The notes beneath the pieces were generated by a model that was not told the DNA's origin, ran no database searches, and saw nothing but the letters and a program-made list of their open reading frames with translations. This document shows positions 23,833 to 39,030 of a DNA stretch of 64,000 nt, piece by piece. The translations under genes and the position numbers were made by a program. Each line of letters begins with the position of its first letter. Position 1 is the stretch's first letter. The stretch is from Macrostomum lignano (lineage: Eukaryota), in contig NIVC01000768.1 of NCBI GenBank assembly GCA_002269645.1, positions 141,966 to 205,965 of the forward strand. The letters run 5' to 3'.

Positions 23833-26603
23833 CAGGGGTGTCAGAACCAGGGGGCATAGGAGACTGGAGCCCCCCCCCCACTTTTTAAGCATGATCTTGC
23901 ATGTGCCCTTTTGAATTTTAAACAAGTGTTAGGTTTTTAGGCCTTGGCTTTTCTGAGTCTTGAGAGCTATAAGTATAACAAGCTAGAGCAAGAGGGCACC
24001 ATTGCTATTTACACCCTAGAAATCAATGTACATATAAGAATAAATAAAGTACAGTAAGTAAGGGTATTCACATAGCGTTGTGCTCCTCTTTCCTCAAGCA
24101 ACAACCCTTCTTTCCTTTCTCTGCCCCTTTCCATCACCGCTTGGTTATATAGGCCCCAGCCCGATCAATGAGGTCTGTGGACATATAATAGTTTATGTTG
24201 TTCTCAATCTTATTTCACTACAGTTTTTTATCTAATGTGCCTAAGCCTAGTGCTTTAGTATTTATTTAGCCCTTTTGCTTTGGCATTTCTAATCAACATT
24301 CTCAGTCTGCCATAATCCCAAGACTTAAACCACTATTGTTGCTACAATCAACATCTCTAAAATGCTATCAGCTAAAAGATTAAAAAGACAGCACCAAGAG
24401 GAACTCAAGGAGGCAGGCAAAAGATCAAAAAATTAAATGATTAGTACTGGTAAGTACATGTACAATTTTAGTTTTTTAAAGTGAAACGAAAAAATTATAT
24501 GGGTTTTTTCCCATATTATCGTTTCCTTCTGCCAACAGTTCAGGAAGACAACAAACAATGGACCTGATGGTAACTTTCTCTGTGTGATCTCTAGAGTCAC
24601 ATTCTCAAACTTCAGGCGAGGATCTTTCCTCTTCAATCAGTATATTTTATAAGCTAGCACACTGTACGCAAGCAACGAGGAATAGGAGCAGTAGGGAGAG
24701 AGAGAGTGGAATTTCGAGGCCCAATAGGCAGTGTCGGTCAGAGGTTGTGCATGCATCACGCGAGGGTCGCATGGCTGGGCTTCTTGCTCGCCGATCATCA
24801 GGACTATTTTTAGGCATGCAGATCTTGTGCATCTGGGGAGTTGCTGCCAGGGCTGGATGCTTGTTCACGCATCACGCGTGTGTCGGCTGATTTCTCCCAT
24901 CCTCTTGCTAACGGCGCCTTCGTTTCACTTCAAAAGTATATTTGTAATATATTATAGTACACTACTAGCACAAAAACATTCATTGATAGACCAGTTGTCA
25001 TGCAATCTAGGCTTGTTTTTTAGTGTTTAAATGACAGCATTTAATTTTAGGTCAAATTCTACTGAAGCCAGATGGTGCCACAAATATGAGTGGAAGGATG
25101 CACTGCCACTTGTATTAGACAAGAATAGCCATTTGCCTTAAACATTCACTGCAAAAATCATTGCCTACAACTGACACTATAGAAGTGCACTAGGGAGTCT
25201 AGTGTTGTTAGTGCCACTTTAAGTGCAGTTTAAGAGATGGCCATGTTCCTTAAGGCCTTTCCAAAGTGCTCCATTTGTTCTTTTTATCTCTTAAAAAATT
25301 GTTTTATGCAAATAAAAAATAGATTAGATTCTGAAGATGACCCTTGATAGACTAAAATGCATTAGAATAAGTTAATTTATATTGATTTTCACTTTTATAT
25401 TCATCTTCAAAAGGGAACAGCATCAATTCCCGCTGTTCCGGAATGTTGTTGCTTTACTTCACAACTACTTGCTGGTACCCATGATATCCTTTATAGCTGT
25501 AAGGTCATTTTTTACACAATGACATGAAGAGTTATATACTCAATGCTCTTAGTACTAAGTCTAATGATCTTGCATGTGCACAAGAAGCACACTGACAACT
25601 TAGACTTACAACAAGTTGCATAGGGGGCCTATGAATTTGTGAGCTGTTCCAGTTGTTGGCTAAATTTTTTCGGGAAATTTTAATGTTATACCATTCTTGC
25701 ACAATCTAGTATTGTATTTACTCAGCTATATTAGCATTAACAAGATTTTTACTGACTCGAGTAAGCTATTAGCACTGCATCTTCTGTCTTTGTTTTATTT
25801 TCATGGGATGGAAGTGACCTAAATAACAGCTAATGTTTATATTTAAAAATTAGACCTAGCTATTCTGTTTTCTATTAATAAACTTATATTAAAAATATAA
25901 AATACATATTAAAACATTTACTTTGAATGAACAAAGGGTTATATTAATGCTTGGGCACAACCTTGGGATTTACTTGGCAATTTCTATTGGCAACACACAA
26001 ATGTAAGTTGCTATTAGATGGAATAATAGTCACGAGACTACTCTTAGCCAATAGTGACTTACATAGGCCTATATGTTGAATGTTGCCAATAGAAATGGCC
26101 TAGTGAATCCTAAGGTTGCACACATATGGTTGTATTGTATATGCAGGTTGCAGGGGTGTTTGAAAGCAAATTTTAGTAATTTATTTGTAAAAGTTTCCCA
26201 GGGCCAGGGGAAGAAAATGTATATATCATATATTAAATGTATACAACTGATTATCACCTTGCAGATATTTCTTACCCAAATGTAGCAATGTGTTATGGTT
26301 TTCCTTCCACATTTGTCTTGCAACTTTCATTCATTTGGGATATTTACTAAATAAATTGATAGTGCAGTATAGCCTATAGTTGCACAATGTTTGAATCAGT
26401 TGAAAATTAGAGCATTTTTAGACTTTTGGTCACTAGGCCTACCAACACAGAATTGAATATTGGCTTAGTTGTCAAAATGTCGCAAACTGACATAATAGCA
26501 GGAGTTAGGGTTAGGGTGCCCTTAGATTACAAAAATGTATTTGCAATGTGCCCTCCTACCATGGCAATAACCCCTCCACTTTGAAATATGTTTGACACCG
26601 CTA
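23833..26603 (+). mobile_element. decayed hAT-family DNA transposon
   Basis: The left end CAGGGGTGTCAGAACC and right end TGTTTGACACCGCTA are imperfect inverted repeats. Remnant transposase motifs near 25050-25190: GQ...DGATNMSG and FALNIHCKNHCLQL (hAT DGAxNMSG, HCxAHxLNL). No clean TSD. Confidence 0.65.
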
Positions 26604-26859
26604 GCTAGTTCGAGTTAGGCCTATGATATTTATATTAAATATGGTATCTGAAAGAGGTGGCCTATCTAGAATTTTTTTACAATATTTTTGAACAAACTAT
26701 AATGAAATGACTAACAACAGAACAACAAGAAACAGTGGCAGTGCAGGGGGGCGCCGGGGCGGGGGGGGGGCTGTAGCCCCTGGATGACCATCAATGAAGG
26801 AATCTAGCATGCTGACGAGTGCGTCAATGGCTGAAACACGAGTGCGCGTAGCGCACGAG

Positions 26860-27200
26860 GGTTTTTGCCATAGACGCACAAGTCAAAGTGCTTGATTCCT
26901 ATTCTTATTTGATCCAACATGTGTGGCTAAAGTAGACAAGGGTGGAGCTGGTTGTGTGGAGTTAGACTTGAACCATAGACAAAATATGCGCGAGCTAGTC
27001 TGAACATTCTTGCACGATGGAAAGAAGATTATGCTTGTAGTCTATGGCTGTTATGCTAAATATAGAAACATCGCGCATTACATTCTTGCACGATTGACAT
27101 TCCTGCACGGAGTGCACATGCAAATTCAAGGTGCTTTTACCATAGACACTTGCATTTTTGCACGCATATGGCGACTTCCAAAGCATTCTTGCACGCTGGA
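26860..27200. repeat. dispersed repeat with CATTCTTGCACG and CCATAGAC motifs
   Basis: TTTTACCATAGACAC at ~27135-27150 is the reverse complement of TGTCTATGGTAAAA at ~59929; the CATTCTTGCACG motif recurs at both loci. Confidence 0.55.
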
Positions 27201-28062
27201 TCAAATAAGAATGGTTTCCAATTTCCATGCATTTCGGTGCCCGTGCTTTTCGGTGCCCGGCATTTCGGTGCCCCAGATTGCTTTTCGGAGCCCCAGTTTA
27301 TGATGCCATAATGATGATAATAAAAAATAAATCCCATAACAAATATAATAAATAATTTACAAAACGTTCAATATTCCTAATAGAAGCAGCATTCATTTTG
27401 TTAAACTGGCACGTTTCTTAAATTTAAAAAATCCCGCCCAATTTAATTCCGATGCATTTTGCTGTACGTAGATCATGTATACTACAATAAGCTGGCTGCA
27501 CTCAGCAAGCGTGCTAGTGCTATGAAGACTTAGTTGGGTAAAGTTGAAATCCATCAACGATTCTACATGTTTCGAAATTATGAAATGTGACAAGTCTACA
27601 TGTATTTTAGTTTTTACTTAGTATTGATTTTTTGAATCACACGATAGATACGATCATGTTTAATTACATGAAACTGCCTAGGAAATGAAGCGAGTAATAT
27701 TTAATGAGCTGAAATCTTTTGGGGCATAACTATTGGACCAAAATCTATAAGATTTTATTGCAAGCGCATTTGGGACATTAGTTTAAAATTTTGACGCGGC
27801 TGAGACGCGGCTAGCGACATGGAAGTTCTTTGAAAAATACTTTCTGCCTTGCGTTTATTATTTAAATTTAATAATGGAATAATTCATTTACCCGCCACCA
27901 TATTTTTAGGGTAGGCCCTATTAAGGCCTAAATATTACAAATAAATTAAATATGATCAGGTTATCTACCATTTTACTGATTTGTTGTAATGTTGAGATTG
28001 ATAAAGTATTGAGTATACAAGGTCCCAGTTATTAAAATATTTTGTCGCCTTGCCTTGTGATT

Positions 28063-28244
28063 AGGGATTCCAATCCCGGGATCCCAGGATCCCAGGATTG
28101 GGGCCAAAAATTTGGATTTGAATCCTGGGATTTTTTGGGAATCAAATCCTAGGATTTTTAATCCTGGGATTGCAAAAGTCTGGGATTGGGATCCCGGGAT
28201 TTCAAGGCCTTAATCCTGGGATTGGTCCGGGATTAGAACAACCT
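28063..28244. mobile_element. MITE-like element, copy 1 (GGGATTCCAATCCCGGGATCCC ends)
   Basis: Internally inverted ends; a second partial copy at 28762-28895. Confidence 0.55.
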
Positions 28245-28761
28245 TTCAATGCCTAAATTAGATAATTTAAAGTCTAAACGTTTATTTGAATAATAAAATA
28301 TTTATTTGTTTTTGCTGTTTCTCAATGAAATGTTAAACATTTGCAAAGCTCCTGTCCTAATTGAGCTAAAAATTGTTAATGTGAACTGTAAATGATAGAT
28401 AATTTTAACTTTTTTATTTTCCACCACGAGACGAGACTAAGGGCCTTTTCATAGTGCTTGTTCTGGTTCCAGAACAAGAACCAATTTGTGAAGTATAACT
28501 TTTTGTCTCCATAACTAGAGGGAGATACATGCTATAAAGTTTTTATTATTGAATGACAATCGCCAAAAAGAAAGTGAAAAATTGTGCAAAGTGAGGCTGT
28601 TAAGGCAGTCAAATATTAACAGAGTTTAATAGTTATACTGCTGTTTTTCTTGGAATTCCGAATTGATTCTGGTTCTGGAATTGGTAATATAAAAAGGCCC
28701 TAAGACTCTGAGAGTCCCGAGACCATGACTACTGCATGTGGCACGCCGCACAGTCCGTCTT

Positions 28762-28895
28762 AGAGATTCCAATCCCGGGATCCCAGGATTGGGGCCAAAA
28801 ATCCGGGATTTGAATCCTGGGATTTTTTTGGGAATCAAATCCTGGGATTTTTTTGAGAATCAAATCCCGGGATTTTTAATTCCGGGATTGCAAAA
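28762..28895. mobile_element. MITE-like element, copy 2 (partial)
   Basis: Direct repeat of 28063-28180. Confidence 0.55.
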
Positions 28896-30339
28896 GTATA
28901 GCAAGGTCCCAAAGCATAGCACCCATCTTTGTTTGGCCATATCCCAAGCTATCAAAACAATAAAATTAGGCCTATTAACTTTTAACTTTTAAGCACTTTT
29001 TCTGTCTCTAAAGCAGGGCAAAAAAAGAAATGAAGGGCCTTGGCCACAAGTTAAACTGCATTTACTAGCATAGCAAACAGGTTAGCTAAAATATCTGTGA
29101 TAAATTAATGGCTAAGATTGTCTATCGGCAAGATAATGGTAGACAAAGGGAGTTGGCTTACTGAAAAGTACAAGGCTGAGTTGCAAAATAGAAAGTACAA
29201 AATTTTGAAAGATGATAATCTAATATGTGTTATTTAACATGGCATTGATGCTTATTGGAAGTGTCTATAGCCCTAAGGGACATGCATGCGCAACCTCCAA
29301 AATTTGGTTGGCCATGCGACTTAGTTTTATCAAAAATGCAACTTACATGTAAAAAAAACCCCTAAAGCAAAATTAACGCAGCTTTGGGTAATTGGCAGGA
29401 GTAACTATGACTGTCTTATTAAGTCAAAATGCATCATCAGCTACTTAGTACTACTACTTGGGTATTTTTTCAGGTGGGAATTTTTGCGACTTCCTTGGTT
29501 GGCCACCAGATTGGCCAACTCGGCCAACTTTTACACATGTATGCTAAGGGATGTTGGTTAGAAGGAGGGAAGTCTAAGCACTGGGACTTATGTTCTTATT
29601 GCTAATTAGTTCTTACTAAGACCATTAATCAACCATTTAGTCTATGCTAGAAGGCCACCCTCAAACTGTTAGGAATTGTTGGGAATAAAGATAGAAAAGG
29701 TGCTTAAAAAACAAAGTTGTTACTTTTACTATTTTAATAGCTTGAAGACTAGGTCCAAACATGCTAAAATCAGCTTCTAAAGTGGAGAAAATGCAAAAAA
29801 AACATTGAAAAATAGTTTAACAAACAATTCAAGAATGCCAAACAAAACATTCTTGGCTATCCCGCAGAATCATTTGTTAAACTCACTATATGCATGTTTT
29901 TTAGCTATTGACTTAAAACTTGCCAAAAATAAATATTTTCATTAGTTCATTCAATTTAACAAATTTTATTGCTAGGGGCCTAGTAATAATTGTATTGTGT
30001 TTACATTTATAAGTAAATTTTGGTAGCTAAGTATTTATTAAATGAAATAAAAGTAATTAATAAACAATAAAACTATTTGGCTGAGAATTTTGAATATTAA
30101 GACTTTGAATTACACTTTTCTAGTTTTCTATATTTGCCTTTTCATTTTGTAAGTAGAGCATAAACCATGCATTTATATATGTGCACATGTGACTACACAT
30201 ATGTGCTAATATACCTATAAGCATCTCTATGCATGTCATGCGCATATTTGCCTATATTTATGCCTACCAAACTTCTTAGGCATACCAGATTGTGTCCACA
30301 AAATAAAGACTTATTCCAATAGGTTGGGCATAAGGGCAC

Positions 30340-31110
30340 CTTAGTGTTGTATAATAGACAGTTCACATATTCATAGGTTTGGGCCTAACCTCCCTAAATG
30401 GGCCTTGCAAGGTGAGTAGCAAAATGTCCTAAACAGGTTGGGAGCAGTAGCCCTTAGCCTAAATCACATGGCTTGCCAATTGAAGTTGCCATTGGCAAAG
30501 GATGGTAGATAGGTGTTGCAGCTTGGCTCAATTGTATAGGGTCTTAGTCTAAACACTTGTTAGCTCAAAAGTTTGCATAGAGCCACCCTAAGTGGGCCAA
30601 GTCTAGCTGCCACTCTAGCGTAGCCATTAGTGTCCATATCTTGGCATTGTATAGCAGGATGGTTTCAACCACTACCTGCTACAGCTGAGCCCTCTGGTAA
30701 TCAGGCAACACTTTAGACTAGAGGATGGCTTAGATCAAATGGAAGGCCATCTAGGCAAGTCTTCTGCACCGCTGGAGGTCCTCTTCCACATGGGGCACTA
30801 GACCACCAAGGTAGGTGAAATGCTGGCAGTGAGAAAGCTTGTTTGTCTACTTGTCTGCATTGTGGTATATCAGGTCTACTAAGATGTTGGCTAACATAGT
30901 CAGCACCTTAGTCTTCAGCATATTAAAAACTAGACTAATGCTCAATGCCACCTTGACCAGCTTATCAATCTGGCATAGTGGCACTAGGTGCTTTCAATGG
31001 ACAAGGACAAGAGGGCGAGGTTATCAGTACAGCCAAGCATGCTCAGACACTTTTTCTATGGTGGTGACCAATGCATCTGCACAGCAGGAAGCCATTGTCA
31101 GCTGATGGGA
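30340..31110 (-). pseudogene. hypermutated non-LTR retrotransposon reverse transcriptase fragment (RTE-like)
   Basis: The minus strand translates LGCTDNLALL (YADD motif decayed), FNMLKTKVL, HFTYLGG, LA*MAF, VETILLYNAKIWTL and QLASHVI*, i.e. RT domains 5-7 and thumb, with many stops and at least two frameshifts. Confidence 0.8.
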
Positions 31111-32341
31111 CAACTAATGGGACCGGGATAGGGTTGGAATGACTCTCAATTAAGAAATTGATATTAAATACTAAAAAAGGTATAAAATGTATATGTCTAA
31201 TATTAATATTGCTTATTTGTAGTTACTTTTTGCCTTATCTAAGTGTAGTGGATATAGTTGGTACAGGTATTTAGAAAGAGACTTGGCTTTACAACTTGCC
31301 TAAAAACAAAATAAAATTTATAAATAATATTTGTAAAAAAAAGTCAGAAAGCATTTAAAATTTTGTGAAATCTTTGGTCTCAAAGTTTTTTATGCAAATT
31401 GGTATAAATAGCACCCAAGACTTTAAATTTTCACCTTGAAATTTGAGCCATGGTGCAATTTTTCATCCTAAAATTTGATCTAGACTTTTGTGCATGCAAT
31501 TCAGATTTTATTAGATTTAACTAATATCTAATGATGTTAAATTATTAAAGCAAAACGAGACATGTCTTGTGAGCCACAAAAAATACAATAGTATAGTTGT
31601 CATATATTATGACTCATTATTTTGCTTCTTAAATTATTTTGCTAGCCACACCCTGCTTTTAAAATTTTGCGCCTTGAATTGAAATTGGACCCTAGGTACA
31701 AGATTGCTCCTAATATCCAGACAAAAAACCCAGTTTGGTCTGGTAAATAGATAGCAGGTAGGCAAATATGATTTTTATGAAATTTTAAATGATTTTTCTA
31801 AGATATTGTGCTTATTTGTTTACCTGTATTAACTAGTAATTCTAGGTCTAAATCTCTATTATATTTAAAGTGGATAAAGTTATTAATATTATTCTTTATA
31901 CTGGGTAGTTTGATTTTGTTTCTATATAAGAAAATAGGCCTTAAAGGCCTTAGTCTACTTTATATGTATGATATAAAAACAAAGATCTTACTGATTATAA
32001 CAAGAGAAAATTAAAAAATTCCTCTTGTTAAAGCTGACTAACTGAAAATTTTAGTCAGTTAAACCTTTTGCTTTGCTATCCATTTTTTTCAAAGACTATT
32101 TAAAATTATTTGCATAATCTTTGAAGCTTTATAATAAGCCTTATTTATTAGCATTTTTATCTTTTAATATTTGAATTTTGGTGTTTAGGATAACAAAATT
32201 GTTATCAAATAAAAATAATTATTGTGATTTTTAATGGTAGCTTGAGAAAAAAGAATAATCAGTTAAATGTGTCTTATATATAATTATTGCATTTTAATTT
32301 CCAATTCATGCTAAAGCTCTTATATAGTTTGAAATTCTCAA

Positions 32342-36213
<3,872 letters not shown>

Positions 36214-36274
36214 ACAGCCTTCGGATCGGTTGGGTGACTGGGGCCGATACTGAACTACAGACAGGGGTAGGACG

Positions 36275-36700
36275 GGATCTCGACAAATATTGGGATCTAG
36301 ATCCCAATGCGATTATCCCAATGTCCCAGGATTCCGACAAATATTGGGATCTTGATTCCGATCTCAAAATCTCGGGATCCCGACACATATTGGGATCTTG
36401 ATCTCCCGATGTGGTAATCCCAAAATCTCGGTATCCTGACAGATATTGGGATCTTGATCCCGATGCGATTATCCCAATGTCCCAGGATTTCGGCAAATAT
36501 TGGGATCTTGATCCCAATGCGTTTATCCCAATGTCCCAGGATTCCGACAAATATTGGGATCTTGATCTCATGATGTGGTTATCCCAAAATCTCGGGATCC
36601 TGACAAATATTGGGATCTGGATCCCAATGCGATTATACACAAATCCCAGGATCCCGACAAATATCAGGATGTGGACTCCTGCCGATCCAGAATTTTTTAT
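36275..36700. repeat. degenerate ~55-nt array after the GMDS stop
   Basis: Variants of GATCCCAATGCGATTATCCCAATGTCCCAGGATTCCGACAAATATTGGGATCTT. Confidence 0.88.
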
Positions 36701-37437
36701 CCCCACCAATCTATATTTATCCAACCCAATTTAATAATTTTTCTAACTGCTGGTGTTGTAGATCAAGCTTGATATTCTCGTGATTTGGAGTTGGACGAGT
36801 CTGTAATATTTAAATCGACATATATGTCTAGAATAAGCTACTTTCGATTCAGTAGTATTTAGAATTTTCCTATATACAAAAAAACATGATTTCTGGCAGT
36901 GTACATCTGGTGCCCCCGTTGACTGTAATGTAAATCGACAATGAGTTCATTGATAGCGAATATGCAATCCGAGCGTACTAATTAGCAGGTAGGAAAGATT
37001 TATATTTACCGATAGAAATTTATTCAGAAATATGAAAAATTCAAAATCTTTTTCCTCTTGCTGTTGTTCTGCTGTCATTGCGTGTTATATATTTATTAGA
37101 TAGACAGCAAATTTGTAATCTTATTAATTCTGATCTGCTTTTCTAAAAAGATGCATTCCATTAGTTTATTTGATTTATGTTAGCGGAATCGTGCTACCAT
37201 TTCATTCTGACAGTAGCTTATTTGTTTTCAGTTTATATGCATCCCATATATGGAGATAATATTCGGTTACAGAAATTCTACAAATTTATTCACCCTTCTG
37301 TTCGTGACTTGCATCGCTGATTGCGATTGTTTTTATTGATCTTTTTGGCTGCCATTCGAATTGACTGCTTGCTACTTTGCACCTATTTTGAATAACTTCA
37401 CGACAAAACAATTCTTAGCATAGTGCGTTCACTTGTG

Positions 37438-37908
37438 CTTCAGATCCTCAGTTGCTGGGCCAGCTTTCCAGATCCTCAGTTGCTGGACCAGCTTTCCAGA
37501 TCCTCAGTTGCTGGGCCAGCCTCCCAGATCCTCAGTTGCTGGACCAGCCTCCCAGATCCTCAGTTGCTGGGCCAGCCTCCCAGATCCTCAGTTGCTGGGC
37601 CAGCCTCCCAGATCCACAGTTGCTGGACCAGCTTCCCAGACCCTCAGTTGCTGGGCCAGCCTCCCAGACCCTCAGTTGCTGGGCCAGCCTCCCAGATCCA
37701 CAGTTGCTGGACCAGCTTCCCAGACCCTCAGTTGCTGGGCCAGCCTCCCAGACCCTCAGTTGCTGGGCCAGCCTTCCAGATCCTCAGTTGCTGGGCCAGC
37801 CTCCCAGACCCTCAGTTGCTGGACCAGCCTCCCAGATCCACAGTTGCTGGACCAGCTTCCCAGATCCTCAGTTGCTGGACCAGCCTCCCAGACCCTCAGT
37901 TGCTGGGC
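37438..37908. repeat. 28-nt array
   Basis: Unit CAGATCCTCAGTTGCTGGGCCAGCCTCC. Confidence 0.96.
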
Positions 37909-38384
37909 CACTGCCCTCTCAGAGGAAACCAGATGCACAGAACGTCAGCAGGCTGCATTAAAATCTTGTTTCTATTGCTATCGTACAAGCAGGAAATTTC
38001 CTTGCCTAGAATTTCTTCATTTAGTAGTACGGTTAATTATCCCTGTCAGCTCGGTGCAATACTGTGTGCCGTGAATATTGCTCTGCTGTCTAAATTCTTA
38101 TTGCTGCTACCTGGATTACAAGTAAAATATTAGCGTTTTCCCGCATCTGTTTTAGTCGGAATTGTATCGAAATTTCTTGTTTTTAATTCATTCTGTTTTT
38201 AGCTCCGCGATAAAGATGCTGTGCGCACTTGTGCCAATCTATTATTTAGCTATAATGTGTCCTCTATCCGACAAATATAATGCACTATGCTGTTGCGCTT
38301 TAATAGTCAAAATATTTACGCTCGTACTAGTTCACTTTTTGCGTTACTCTTTGCTTTACTTTCCCACGATTTTAAGGAGTTTCT

Positions 38385-38870
38385 AAAAATCGCCCTGTAC
38401 CTTAATTTTTAAAAACAATTTTTTTACTGTTCCACAAAATCGTGCTGTACCTTTCGTTAGAATCGTTCTGTACATTTAATAAAAATCGCCTTTTATCTTT
38501 CCTGAAAAATGTCCTGTACCATCAATGAGAATCGCCCTGTACCTTTTTCTAAGAATCGCCTTTTATCTTTCCCAAAAAATCGTCCTGTCAATGAGAGCTA
38601 TCAATGAGAATCGCCCTGTACCTTTTTCTAAGAATCGCCCTGTACCTTTTCCTAAGAATCGCCTTGTACCCCTTTTTCTAAGAATCGCCTTGTACCCCTT
38701 TTTCTAAGAATCGCCTTGTACCCCTTTTTCTGAGAATCGCCTTGTACCCCTTTTTCTAAGAATCGCCTTGTACCCCTTTTTCTAAGAATCGCCTTTACCC
38801 CTCTCTTAAAAATTCCTTGTAACGTTACTAAGAATCGGCCTGTATGTTTTCTAAGAATCGCCTTGTACCG
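38385..38870. repeat. degenerate ~27-nt array
   Basis: Variants of AAGAATCGCCTTGTACCCCTTTTTCT. Confidence 0.88.
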
Positions 38871-39030
38871 TCACTGAGAGTCGCCCTTACTCGTATGTGT
38901 ACTTTAGCCCTTTAGCCTTCTACTATAATCTTCATTATAAATGATAAATTTGAGTGTTTCTGCGTTACACTTGAATCACTGCTAACGCCATTCATGATCC
39001 CCCAACTAGTACAATTGGTACACCTGAACA

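Noticed and set aside
26505-26517. TTAGGG telomeric repeat
   Set aside because: Only two copies; expected by chance.
20990-32340. SL RNA or snRNA gene in the central region
   Set aside because: No leader-ATG followed by a GT donor and Sm site, and no U1/U2/U6 signature found by eye on either strand.
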